64,000 nucleotides of DNA, from assembly GCA_041389495.1 (NCBI GenBank), contig JAWKRT010000002.1, positions 1,067,758-1,131,757 on the forward strand, read 5' to 3'. The position numbers were made by a program, and so were the translations under genes. This stretch comes from Myxococcota bacterium (GTDB taxonomy: Bacteria > Myxococcota_A > UBA9160 > UBA4427). Position 1 is the stretch's first letter. Every line of letters begins with the position of its first letter. The notes beneath the pieces are model-generated. The model did no database searches and was not told the DNA's origin. It saw nothing but the letters and a program-made list of their open reading frames with translations. This document shows positions 36,230-45,775 of this stretch, piece after piece.

Positions 36230-37105
36230 CTAGCCGAGCTCGAGCGTCGTCGGGCACGCGCCCGAAGCGAGCTTGCGGGCGCGGTCCGCGAGCTGGGCCT
36301 CCATCTGCTCGCGCCCGATCATGATCACGAAGTCGCCCGCGCGGATGCCGTCGAGCGCGAAGCGCGCGAGCTCGTCGAGGTCCTGCACGGGGAGCTCGAC
36401 GCCGACCTTCTTCATGCTCTCCATGAACGCGTCGAACGTGATCTCCGAGCCCTCCGGCGCGGGCTTCTCGCGGGCGAGCTCGGCGGGGCGGTTGCGGCGC
36501 GTCGTCCAGATGCCGGTCGGCAGCAGCCCGCCCGACGGATAGAAGATGGAGGCGCGCAGCTTCGTGCCGAGCCCGGAGAGCTGCGCCTGCAGGCACTCCG
36601 TCAGGATCGACACGGCGGCCTTGCTCGTCGCGTAGACCACCTGCCCCGCGAGCGGGTGGATGCCGCCGTCGCCGGACGACGTGTTGACGACGACGCCCTC
36701 CTCGCCGCCCTCGAGCATGCGCGGCACGAAGGCCTGCACGCCGTAGGCGACGCCGAGCACGTTCACGCCGTGGACCCACTTCCAGTCGTTGGGCGTCGTC
36801 TCCCAGACGTTGAGGTTCGGCGCCCCGACGCCCGCATTGTTGAAGAGCAGGTGGCAGGCGCCGTGGCGCGCGTAGACCGCGTCGGCGAGCGCGCTCACCG
36901 AGGCCGGGTCGGAGACGTCGCACACGACGCTCGCGAGGTCGCCGCCCCGTGCGGCGAGCTCGGCGGCCGTGGCGTCGAGCGCACCGCGCTCGACGTCGGC
37001 GACGACGACCTTCGCTCCCTCGGCGAGCAGCGCCTTCGCGAGCGCCTTGCCGATGCCGCTGGCGCCGCCCGTGACGACGGCGACGCGGCCGCGGAACTCC
37101 TGCAT
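36230..37105 (-). CDS. SDR-family oxidoreductase
   Basis: Start ATG 37105 (RBS ggagg). TGGASGIG, FNNAGV, YATSK. Confidence 0.92.
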   Translation of the reverse strand: MQEFRGRVAVVTGGASGIGKALAKALLAEGAKVVVADVERGALDATAAELAARGGDLASVVCDVSDPASVSALADAVYARHGACHLLFNNAGVGAPNLNVWETTPNDWKWVHGVNVLGVAYGVQAFVPRMLEGGEEGVVVNTSSGDGGIHPLAGQVVYATSKAAVSILTECLQAQLSGLGTKLRASIFYPSGGLLPTGIWTTRRNRPAELAREKPAPEGSEITFDAFMESMKKVGVELPVQDLDELARFALDGIRAGDFVIMIGREQMEAQLADRARKLASGACPTTLELG

Positions 37106-37140
37106 CCGATCCTCCCTCGCGCGCGCCCGCGCGCGCCTCG

Positions 37141-38091
37141 CTACTCGAGCGGCCCCGCGATCACGCCGTTCCACTCGAGCGCGCGCGGCGCCTCGAACGT
37201 CGCGCCGTCGCGGTCGTGTGCGATCAGCGTCGCCTCGCCGAAGTACGCGCGCAGCCCGAAGACGACGCGGTGCTCGACGAGCGAATCGGTGTCGTCGCTC
37301 TGGTGGTAGTAGCCGCCCGCATAGCGCACGAAGCCCGCGACGCGCGAGCCCGGCACGAGCGCCTCGGCCTCGCCCAGCCAGTCGATCACCCACACGTGGT
37401 CGTCGTCGTCGTCCATGCGCCCGCCGACGTAGCCCGCGCCCGCCGCGAGCCGCACCGTGTCGCGCGGGAACCAGCGCAGCTCGCCGCGCGCGAGCCGCCC
37501 GCTCTCGAGCGCGTCGGGATCGGCGCCGCGCGAGTGGGTGCGGTCGAGGTAGCCGGCCTGCGCGACGACCGTCGCGCGCGGGAAGAAGGCCGCGCCCTCG
37601 AGCCCGATCGACCACACGTTCGAGTGCGGATCGCGCGCGTCGAGGTCGTGGATGGCGAGCCGTCCGAGGCTCCCGAAGACGCCGATCGCACCGAGCCGGA
37701 AGTCGCGCACGTTCGCGTGCACGGCCGCGCCGAAGCTCCCCTCGTACGTGTCGTCGGCGCGGCGCGTGCGCGTGCCGGCGTCGCCGCCGAGGTCGGCCTG
37801 CACGTGCACGTCGCCGAACGCGACGTCGATCGACGCGTCGGCGCCGACGGCCCAGAGGTCGCGGGCCTCGCCGCCCTGGAGCACGTCGCCGTTCGGGTCG
37901 GAGAAGCGCAGATAGGTCGCGCGCACCTCGCCGACGCCGCTCACCGGCGCGGGGAGCCCGCGGCCCTCCGCACCTGCGCGCGCGGGCGCTGCGTTCGCGA
38001 GCACGGCGAGTGCGCAGAGCGCCGCGGCGATGCCGTGCGGTCGTCGATCGGAGACGGGCTTCGAGCCGGCGCGATCCGCGTTCGGATCCAT
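37141..38091 (-). CDS. Probable outer-membrane beta-barrel / porin-like hypothetical protein
   Basis: Signal peptide, then many alternating hydrophobic/polar strands rich in G/Y/W/F. Confidence 0.55.
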   Translation of the reverse strand: MDPNADRAGSKPVSDRRPHGIAAALCALAVLANAAPARAGAEGRGLPAPVSGVGEVRATYLRFSDPNGDVLQGGEARDLWAVGADASIDVAFGDVHVQADLGGDAGTRTRRADDTYEGSFGAAVHANVRDFRLGAIGVFGSLGRLAIHDLDARDPHSNVWSIGLEGAAFFPRATVVAQAGYLDRTHSRGADPDALESGRLARGELRWFPRDTVRLAAGAGYVGGRMDDDDDHVWVIDWLGEAEALVPGSRVAGFVRYAGGYYHQSDDTDSLVEHRVVFGLRAYFGEATLIAHDRDGATFEAPRALEWNGVIAGPLE

Positions 38092-38218
38092 GGGGCCTCC
38101 TCGCGCGCCGCCCGGTCGTCGCGACCGCGCCGCGCGGTGCGCGGCGTCGCGGGGGACGGCTCGCCGCGCCAGCCTACTCGAAGGGCGGGCCCGCGCGGAA
38201 GGGCGCGCGCGAGGGATC

Positions 38219-39304
38219 TCAGCGCGCGAGCAGGCGCTCGAGCTGCTCGACGATGCGGCGGCCGGCGTGCCCGTCCCCGAACGGGTTCGGCCACGTGCGC
38301 GGGCGGTCGTAGAGCTCGCGTGCGCGCTCGACGATGGCGCGCTCGCGCGCGCCGGCGAGCGTGCTCGCGCCGACGGCGATCGACTCCGGGCGCTCCGTGT
38401 TGTCGCGCAGCGTGACGCACGGGACGCCCAGGCAGCACGCCTCCTCCTGCAGGCCGCCCGAGTCGGTGAGCATGAGCGCCGCGTTCGCGTGGAGCGCGAG
38501 GAACTCGCGGTAGCCGAGCGGCGGCACGACGCGCACGTGCTTCGCGTCGATCGCGATGCCGAGCTCGTCGATCTTCTTGACGGTGCGCGGGTGGAGCGCG
38601 GCCACGACGGGGAGCTCGAGCTCGATGGCCGTCGACGCGATGCCGGCGAGGATGCCGCGCAGGCGCTCCTCGTTCTCGACGTTCTCGCGCCGGTGCACGG
38701 TCGCGAGCGCGAAGCGGCGCCGCCGCAGGCCGTGCTTCGCGAGCAGCTCCGAGTCCGGCACGTCGCCCTGCAGCCGCTCGAGCTCGTCGACCACCGTGTT
38801 GCCGCTCATCACGATGCTCGTGCCGTCGACGCCCTCGGTGAGCAGCGTGTCGCGCGCGATGCGGGTCGGCGCGAAGAGGAAGTCGGCGACGTGGTCGATC
38901 TGCCGTCGGTTGATCTCCTCGGGCATCGTGCGGTCGTAGCTGCGCAGGCCCGCTTCCACGTGGGCGAGCGGCGTCGCCGTCTTGACGGCCGCGAGCGCGC
39001 CGCCGAGCGCCGAGTTCGTGTCGCCCTGCACGACGACGACGTCCGGACGCTCGCGCTCGATGATCGCCACCGTCTTCGCGAGGATGCCGCGGATCTGGTC
39101 GCCGTCGGGGCGCGACCCGATGTGCAGGTTCACGTCGGCGGGCGCGAGCTCGAGGTCGCGGAAGATGGCCTCGTCGAGCTCGTAGCTGTAGTGCTGGCCG
39201 GTGTGCACGAGCACGTGCGGGACGCCCGCCTCGCGGCACGCGCGCACGACGGGCGACATCTTGATGATCTCGGGGCGCGTCCCGAGCACGGTCATCACCT
39301 TCAC
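38219..39304 (-). CDS. wecB: UDP-N-acetylglucosamine 2-epimerase (non-hydrolysing)
   Basis: GTRPEIIK, HTGQHY, QGDTNS, HVEAGLRS, MPEEINR, TDSGGLQEEA, NPFGDG. GTG overlaps the upstream stop (GTGA). Confidence 0.95.
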   Translation of the reverse strand: MKVMTVLGTRPEIIKMSPVVRACREAGVPHVLVHTGQHYSYELDEAIFRDLELAPADVNLHIGSRPDGDQIRGILAKTVAIIERERPDVVVVQGDTNSALGGALAAVKTATPLAHVEAGLRSYDRTMPEEINRRQIDHVADFLFAPTRIARDTLLTEGVDGTSIVMSGNTVVDELERLQGDVPDSELLAKHGLRRRRFALATVHRRENVENEERLRGILAGIASTAIELELPVVAALHPRTVKKIDELGIAIDAKHVRVVPPLGYREFLALHANAALMLTDSGGLQEEACCLGVPCVTLRDNTERPESIAVGASTLAGARERAIVERARELYDRPRTWPNPFGDGHAGRRIVEQLERLLAR

Positions 39305-40113
39305 GGTCGGGCTCCTCGCGTCGCGGCGGCGAGGCGCGCGCGCACCGCGCTCGGCCGGTCCACCGTGAACGCCTCGAGCCGGCGCCGCGCGATCAGCGCG
39401 AGCGTCTTCCGGATCGTCGCGAGCACCTTCATCTTGCTGCTGCCGACGCGCGTCTCGTACTCGAGCTCGATCGGGACCTCGCAGGCGCGCACGCCCGTCG
39501 CGCGGAGCCGCAGCAGGATGTCCATCACCGCTTCGAAGCCGCGCGCGCTCGTCAGCTCGTCGCCGAACGCCGAGAGCGCGCGGCGGAGCGCGGCCGGACG
39601 ATAGGCGCGGAAGCAGCACGTGTAGTCGCGCACGCCGCGGATCGGGAAGACCGCGCGCAGCAGGAAGCGCGCGCCGTCCGAGATCAGCAGGCGCGAGCGC
39701 GGCACGCCGCGCACGCTCGCGCCGGGCTGGTAGCGCGACGCGATCACGAGCTCGTAGCCCTCGTCGAGGCGCGCGAGCAGCGTCGGGATGAGCCGGGGCG
39801 GGTGCGTGTTGTCGGCGTCGAGCGTGACGATGGCGTCGCCGTCCGCGGCCATCGCGAGGCAGGCGTCGAACCCCGTCACGAGCGCGGCGCCGAGCCCGCG
39901 GTTGCGGGCGTGGCTCACGATCTCGAGGTCGAGTGCGCCGCCCGTCTCCTCCACCGCGCGCCGCGCCTCGGCCACGGTGGCGTCGCTGCTGCCGTCGTCG
40001 ACGAGCACGACGCGCAGCGGCTCCGGCCCGCCGCCGAGCGCGCGGTGCACGGCGAGCAGCGTGGGGCGGATCACCGCCTCCTCGTTGAACGCGCACAGGA
40101 GCACGACGTTCAT
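39301..40113 (-). CDS. GT2 glycosyltransferase, polyprenol-phosphate-sugar synthase (DPM1-like)
   Basis: AFNEE, VDDGSSD, HARNRGLG, TLDADNTH, IASRY, DYTCCFRAY. ATG overlaps the upstream stop (ATGA). Confidence 0.88.
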   Translation of the reverse strand: MNVVLLCAFNEEAVIRPTLLAVHRALGGGPEPLRVVLVDDGSSDATVAEARRAVEETGGALDLEIVSHARNRGLGAALVTGFDACLAMAADGDAIVTLDADNTHPPRLIPTLLARLDEGYELVIASRYQPGASVRGVPRSRLLISDGARFLLRAVFPIRGVRDYTCCFRAYRPAALRRALSAFGDELTSARGFEAVMDILLRLRATGVRACEVPIELEYETRVGSSKMKVLATIRKTLALIARRRLEAFTVDRPSAVRARLAAATRGARP

Positions 40114-41441
40114 GCCGCCTCCCGCGCGCGCGCGGCGAGCGCGCCGTGCTGGGCGACGATCTCGGGCACGAGCTCGTCCACGACCTCGCAGCACGAGTTC
40201 CACGAGTTCACGCGCGGGTACAGCTGCGCGGTGGACACCATGTACACGCGCTTGTGCACCGCGGTGAGCGGCGGCTTGCGGCGCGAGTAGCCGAGCGTCC
40301 AGATGGGCTCGACGAAGGGAGCGCGGAACAGGAACGCGTCGACGACGCGGGCGCCGACGTGCGGAAAGAGCGCGTCGAGGTCGCGTCGGTAGGCGTCGAG
40401 CATCTCGGCGTCGCCGCGCGCGTAGAGCTCGCTCGCGCGGTGCGTGTAGTTGACGAAGTAGCAGACGTAGAGGCCGGCCGAGCGGTCGAGCGGCATGAGG
40501 TTCGACATCTCGATCACGCCCTGCGACGTGGCGCCGCTCGCGACGAAGGGCATCCAGTAGTGGGTCGACAGCGGCTTGTCGAGGAGCAGGACGCCGCTCA
40601 CGACGCCCTGGTAGTCGAGCTCGAGGTCGCGCGTCGCGGGCGCGATCGGGACGCCCTGCGTCATGCGCTGGAAGGCCGGGAGCGGCGCCGTCGAGACCAC
40701 GAAGTCGAAGCGCTCGCGCGCGCCGTCGGCGAGCACGACCGTCGCGTCGTCCGCGCCGGCCTCGATCGCGCGCACGTCGACGCCGAGCCGGATGCGCGCA
40801 CCGCGCGCCCGCAATCCGCGCTCGATCGCCTCGACGAGCGAGCGGTAGCCGCCGCGGAGCACGCCCTTGCGCTCCTTCTCGGTGTTCTTCTCGCGGTGGA
40901 GCCGGCTCGACATCCAGAGCGCGGGGATGCGGTCGTAGGAATCCCCGATCTTCGCCGCGAGCAGCGGCTTCCAGATCAGCTCGAAGGCGCGCTCGCCGAC
41001 GATGCCGCGGATCCACTCGGCGGCCGTCACGTCGTCGAGCCGCGGGTTCGTCCCGCGCAGCCGCGCCCAGACGGCCATGAACCCGAGCCGCAGTCGCTCG
41101 TCGAGGCGCAGGGGCGAGAAGCCGAGGAGATCGAGCGGCGTGTTCAGTGGATGGATGCGGCGGTCGACCATGAAGCCCATGCTCGTGCCGCGCCAGAGCA
41201 GGTCGCCCTCGAGGCCGACGTCGCGCACGAGCCGCAGCAGCGAGTCGTCGTTCGGGAGCAGGCAGTGGTAGAACTTCTCGAGCTCGCAGGTCTCGCCGTT
41301 CGGAGCCGTGTACGCGAAGCTCGTCGCGAGGCCGCCTAGCGTGTCGGTCGATTCGAACAGCGTGACGTCGCAGCCGAGCTCCGCGATGCGGAACGCGCTC
41401 GCGAGCCCCGAGATGCCTCCGCCGACGATCGCTGCCCGCAC
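40110..41441 (-). CDS. FAD-dependent oxidoreductase (protoporphyrinogen-oxidase/amine-oxidase fold) in a glycosylation locus
   Basis: GTG 41441 with RBS gggag. IVGGGISGL dinucleotide motif, E..D.LGGL, EKFYH. Confidence 0.85.
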   Translation of the reverse strand: MRAAIVGGGISGLASAFRIAELGCDVTLFESTDTLGGLATSFAYTAPNGETCELEKFYHCLLPNDDSLLRLVRDVGLEGDLLWRGTSMGFMVDRRIHPLNTPLDLLGFSPLRLDERLRLGFMAVWARLRGTNPRLDDVTAAEWIRGIVGERAFELIWKPLLAAKIGDSYDRIPALWMSSRLHREKNTEKERKGVLRGGYRSLVEAIERGLRARGARIRLGVDVRAIEAGADDATVVLADGARERFDFVVSTAPLPAFQRMTQGVPIAPATRDLELDYQGVVSGVLLLDKPLSTHYWMPFVASGATSQGVIEMSNLMPLDRSAGLYVCYFVNYTHRASELYARGDAEMLDAYRRDLDALFPHVGARVVDAFLFRAPFVEPIWTLGYSRRKPPLTAVHKRVYMVSTAQLYPRVNSWNSCCEVVDELVPEIVAQHGALAARAREAA

Positions 41442-41559
41442 GTGTCGCTCCCCGTGGTGTCCGCACCCGCGTCGATTCGCGCCGTTTCGGGAGACCGGAG
41501 GAGCATGTGCAGCGGCAGCACGGCGCGGACGGGTGCGGCGTCCGTCGCCGCCTCCGATG

Positions 41560-41575
41560 AGCAAGCGGCGTGCCA
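41560..41575 (-). promoter_or_regulatory. sigma54 (-24/-12) promoter TGGCACGCCGCTTGCT for the oxidoreductase-GT2-wecB operon
   Basis: Exact match to the TGGCACG-N4-TTGCW consensus, intergenic, ~120 nt upstream of GTG 41441. Confidence 0.85.
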
Positions 41576-41592
41576 CCCACGGCAATGCCGCT

Positions 41593-41606
41593 TCCACCAA
41601 GGTGGA
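41593..41606. promoter_or_regulatory. Palindrome TCCACC-AA-GGTGGA, putative operator
   Basis: 6-bp perfect IR with a 2-nt spacer, 17 nt upstream of the sigma54 -24 box in a divergent promoter region. Confidence 0.4.
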
Positions 41607-41702
41607 GCACGGGAACGCGTTTGGCGACGGAAGGATGGCCGCGCAACGGCGCGCCGCCTGCCGGTGGCGCGTTCCCGCGAGGCCGACGCGAAGGGGAAGC
41701 GG

Positions 41703-42668
41703 ATGACCACGATCGAGGCGACGGGTCCCCATGCGGCGCCGTCCGAGCGCGCCATCCGGGGCTCCGCAGCGGGGCGCCTCGCCGCCACCGTGAGCGTCGA
41801 CGTCGACCCCGTCGACCTGCACCTGCTCGGCTACGGGGTAGGCGACGCGCCCGCCTGCGCCCTCGTGTACGAGCGCGCCGTTCCCCGGCTCGTCGAGGCC
41901 TTCGCGCGGGCGGGCGTGCGCGCGACGTTCTTCTTCGTCGCGCGCGACCTCCCGGCCCAGCGCGCGGCCGTGGCGGCGGTCGCGGCGGCGGGTCACGAGG
42001 TGGCGAGCCACTCCGTCTCGCACGCGATGGCCTTCGCGAGCCTGCCGGACGAGGCGCTCCGCGACGAGCTCGCGACGTCGCGCGCGCGGCTCGAGGACGC
42101 GTGCGGGAGCGAGGTCGTGGGCTTCCGGGCGCCCAACTGGGACTTCGACGCGCGCACCGCGCGCGAGCTCGTCCGCGCGGGCTACGCCTACGACGCATCG
42201 GCCTACCCGACGCCGATGCTGCTCGCGGCGCGGCTCGTGCTGCTCGCGAAGGGGCAGGGCGCTTCGGCGGCCGGGCTGCGCTTCCTGCCCTTCTCGTGGT
42301 CGCGCCGCGTCTTCGACCTCGAGCGCGGCGCGCTGCGCGAGTTTCCCGTCTCGGTGACGACGTGGACGCGCTTTCCGGTCTACCACACGGCCGCCTACCT
42401 GCTCGGCGAGCGCCGCCTCGTGCGCATGGTCGAGGCGGTCGCGCGGCGCGGGCTCGCGCTCTCCTATCCGCTGCACGCCGTCGACGCGCTGGGCCTGGCC
42501 GAGGACGGCGTCGACGCCCGGCTCGCACGGCATCCCGGGATGGATCGCCCGCTCGCCGCGAAGGTCGCGACGCTCGACGCCGTGCTCGGCGCGATCGCCG
42601 CGCGGTTCGCGTGCATCCCGTTCCGCGAACGGCTGGGCGAGCGCGCGCCGGTCGCGCGCGCGAGCTAG
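41703..42668 (+). CDS. Polysaccharide deacetylase (CE4/NodB family)
   Basis: Start ATG 41703 (RBS gggaag). SVDVD, ATFF, HEVASHSVSH, GFRAP, YDAS, YPLHAVD. Confidence 0.88.
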   Translation: MTTIEATGPHAAPSERAIRGSAAGRLAATVSVDVDPVDLHLLGYGVGDAPACALVYERAVPRLVEAFARAGVRATFFFVARDLPAQRAAVAAVAAAGHEVASHSVSHAMAFASLPDEALRDELATSRARLEDACGSEVVGFRAPNWDFDARTARELVRAGYAYDASAYPTPMLLAARLVLLAKGQGASAAGLRFLPFSWSRRVFDLERGALREFPVSVTTWTRFPVYHTAAYLLGERRLVRMVEAVARRGLALSYPLHAVDALGLAEDGVDARLARHPGMDRPLAAKVATLDAVLGAIAARFACIPFRERLGERAPVARAS

Positions 42669-42671
42669 CGG

Positions 42672-44012
42672 GTGGACGCGCTGCTCGCGGCCGCGCGCGC
42701 CATCGAGCTGCCGTGGGTCGCCGCGCTCGGGGCGTTCGCCGCGCTCGCGGTGTGGCACCGCTGGCCGCGTCTCCCCGCGCGCCTGCGTGTCGCGTGGACC
42801 GCGGGCTGTGTCGCGGCCGTCGCCGCCTTCGCGGTGCGCGCCGTCTCGATCGCACGTCACCGTCTCGCCGTGCACGCCGAGTGGGACTTCCTCGGCTTCT
42901 GGATGCACGGCCGTGCCGCGTGGCTCGGGCGCGACTTCTACGACAACGAGGCGATGCGCGCGCTCGACCTGCCCTGGCCTCCCTCCGACGGGTTCGCGGC
43001 CGAGCTGCTCGTCGCGGGCTCGGTCTATCCGCCGTTCACGAGCTTCCTGTTCGCGCCGTTCGGCGCGTTCTCGTTCGAGACGGCCTACTGGCTGTGGCTC
43101 GCGTGCAACGCCGCAGCGGTCGCGGCCGCCGTCGCGCTCGCGGGGCGGCGGCTGCTCGTCGCGCACCCGCACGGGGCCCTGCTCGCCGCCGCGCTCGTCG
43201 CGCTGCTGCCCGCGACGCGCCTCACGGTCGAGGTGCAGCAGAGCTCGGGGCTCGTCCTGCTCGCGCTCGTCGCGATGGCGGTGGCGCCGCGCGCGGCCGG
43301 CGCGGGCGTCGCGCTCGCGCTCGCGGTCGTCGTGAAGCCCCTCGCCGCGCTCGTCGCGATCGCACCGCTCGCGCGGCGCCAGTGGCGCGTGCTCGGCGCG
43401 GCGGCGGCGGCGGGCGCCGCGCTCGTCGTCGCCTCGGCCGTCGTCTGGGGGCCGCAACGCTATGTCGCCTTCGCCGCGACGCCGCCGAGCCTCTCGCTGC
43501 CGGTGATCGCGACCGTGCAGCCCGTCTCGCAGGCGCTCGCCTCCGAGATCGGGCGGCGCCTCCACTCGCTCGAGCGCGGCCGGCGGCCCGAGCGCGAGCC
43601 CCTGTTCCTCGCCGCCGCGGCGGCACTCGCGCTCGCGACGCTCGCGGGGCTCGGGTCGGCGCGCGGGCTCGCGTCGCTCCCGCGCGATGCCGTCGCCGAC
43701 GGCCTCGCGCTCGGCGCGGCCGCGGCGTTCGCGCTCGTCGTGTATCCCGGCACGAAGCACCACTACGGCGTCGTGCTCGCGCTGCCCGCGTTCGCGCTGT
43801 GGCGCGCGCGCGAGCGGCTCCCGCTGCGCGCCGCGCCCGACGCGATCGCGGCCTTCGTCGGGCTCTCGTGGGGCGCGCTCGCGTGGCGGGAAGGGACGAG
43901 CGCGTGGGCCGTGTTCCTCGCGTGGTGGGCGGTGATGCTCGCGGCCGCGTGGGCAGTGCGCGCGCAGCCGCCGAGCGAGCCGGGCGAGGCCGGCGCGTCG
44001 GGCGACTCGTAG
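42672..44012 (+). CDS. GT-C membrane glycosyltransferase (GT87/DUF2029-like)
   Basis: ~10 TM segments. WDF..FW.HG....GRDFY, VYPP, VVKP motifs. Confidence 0.8.
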   Translation: MDALLAAARAIELPWVAALGAFAALAVWHRWPRLPARLRVAWTAGCVAAVAAFAVRAVSIARHRLAVHAEWDFLGFWMHGRAAWLGRDFYDNEAMRALDLPWPPSDGFAAELLVAGSVYPPFTSFLFAPFGAFSFETAYWLWLACNAAAVAAAVALAGRRLLVAHPHGALLAAALVALLPATRLTVEVQQSSGLVLLALVAMAVAPRAAGAGVALALAVVVKPLAALVAIAPLARRQWRVLGAAAAAGAALVVASAVVWGPQRYVAFAATPPSLSLPVIATVQPVSQALASEIGRRLHSLERGRRPEREPLFLAAAAALALATLAGLGSARGLASLPRDAVADGLALGAAAAFALVVYPGTKHHYGVVLALPAFALWRARERLPLRAAPDAIAAFVGLSWGALAWREGTSAWAVFLAWWAVMLAAAWAVRAQPPSEPGEAGASGDS

Positions 44013-44043
44013 AGCGGGCGCGCCGCGCCTACGCTCGCGCCCG

Positions 44044-45775
44044 ATGTCGCGCCTCCGCACCGCTGCCGTCGCGTTCGCGCTCGCCGTCGCGCTCGCGCGC
44101 GCCGCGACGCACGCGTGGGTCGGCGAGGACGCGTTCATCACCTTCCGCGTCATCGACAACCTCGCGAACGGTCTCGGGCTGCGGTGGAATCCGAGCGAGC
44201 GCGTGCAGGTGTACACGCACCCGGCGTGGCTCGCGCTCAACGCGGGCGCCTATCTGCTGACGCGCGAGGTCGCGAACACGACGACGGCCGTCGCGCTCGC
44301 CTGCACGGCGCTCGCGGTCGCGCTGCTCGCGCGCGGGCGGTGGGGCGAGGCGGCGACGCGTGCCGACGCGATCTTTCCGGCGGCCGTCGTCGCGCTCGCG
44401 TGGGCGTCGTCGCCGACGCTCGCGCGCTACGCGACTTCGGGCTTCGAGACGTCGCTCACGATGGCGATCGTGTCGGCGTTCGCGCTCGCGATCGCGCGCG
44501 CGCCGGGCGCGCGCGCCCTCGGCCTCGCGACGCTCGCGGCGGCGATCGGCGCCGTGAACCGGCTCGACCTCGCCGTCCTCTTCGCGCCGCCGCTGCTCGT
44601 CGCCGCGCGCGGCGCCGCCGCGCGCGACGGCGTCGCGCGGTGCGCGCGCGCGGTCGCCGCGGGCGCGCTCCCGCTCGCGGCCTGGCTCGCGTTCGCGGCG
44701 CTCTACTACGGGAGCGTCGTGCCCAACACCGCGCTCGCGAAGCTCGCGCCCGGCGTGCCGCGCGGCTTCTACGCCCGCGAAGGGCTCCGCTACGTGGCCG
44801 ACCTCGCGCAGCGCGACCCGGCGGCCGCCATCGCGGTGCTCGCCGCCGCGGCGTGCGCCGCGATCGGCGTCGCCGCGCCGCGCGGCGCGCGCGCCGCGAG
44901 GGCGGGCGACCCGCCGGCACACGGCGCGCGCGCACCGGCGCGCGCACCCGCGTCGAGCTCCGCATCCGCGCGCGCACGGGCGGGGCTCGCACTCGGTGCG
45001 CTCGCTCGCCTACGCGGGCTACGCCGTCGCGGTGGGCGGCGACTTCCTCTCCGGCCGCTTCCTCGTGCCGAGCGTGTGGGCGAGCGTCGCGGTCGTCGCG
45101 GCGTCGCTCCCGGCGCTGCGCGCCGCTCGGGCCGCCGCCGCGCGCGGCGACGCGCGACCGCTCGTCGCCGGTGCGGGCGCCGCGCTCCTCGTCGCGCTCT
45201 TCGCGCTCGCGGGCGTCGTCGTCGCGCGCCGCACCCCCGCCGCCGGCCCGATCCACGCGCTCTCGCTCGCGCGGCTCGAGCTCGGGCTCGACGGGCGCTG
45301 GACGGCGTCGCCGATGGCCCGCGTCTTCGCGGCGCGCGGCGAGGCGCTGCGCGCGGAGGCCGAGCGCAGCGCGACGCCCGTCGTCGCCGTGCAGGGCGAG
45401 ATCGGCTTCGCGGGCTTCGCGGCCGGGCCGCGCGTCGAGATCGTCGACCCGCACGCGCTCGGCGACGCGTTCCTCGCGCGCCGCGCGCCCGACCCGGCGC
45501 GCCCGTGGCGCATCGGCCACCTGCCGCGCGCGCTGCCCGACGGCTACCTCGAGGCGCGCCGCACGGGCGACGCGCGCGCGCTCGCGCCGGAGCTCCGCCC
45601 GCTCTTCGCGCGCGTCGAGCTGCTCGCGCGCGCGCCGCTGTGGAGCGCGAAGCGCCTGCGCGCGATCGCGTCCGGGTCGCTCGCCGCCCTCGCGAGCGAC
45701 GCGCCGGACGGTCCGGAAGGCGTATCCTCGCGCGCCGCGCGGGCCGCGGGCCCCCGCTCGGGAGGAAGCTCGTGA
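44044..45775 (+). pseudogene. AftB-like GT-C (arabinofuranosyltransferase-like) gene with a frameshift at ~45004 (real or assembly indel)
   Basis: N-part has EDAFITFRVIDNLANGLGLRWNPSERVQVYTHP, TSGFET, YYGSVVPNTALAK. It continues in another frame (LAYAGYAVAVGGDFLSGRF...WRIGHL.R) to a stop at 45775 that overlaps the SDR start. Confidence 0.75.

Noticed and set aside
41497-41507. GGAGGAG-C-ATG as an earlier start for the deacetylase
   Set aside because: A spacing of 1 nt is too short, and the extension is low-complexity and crosses the opposite-strand sigma54 promoter.
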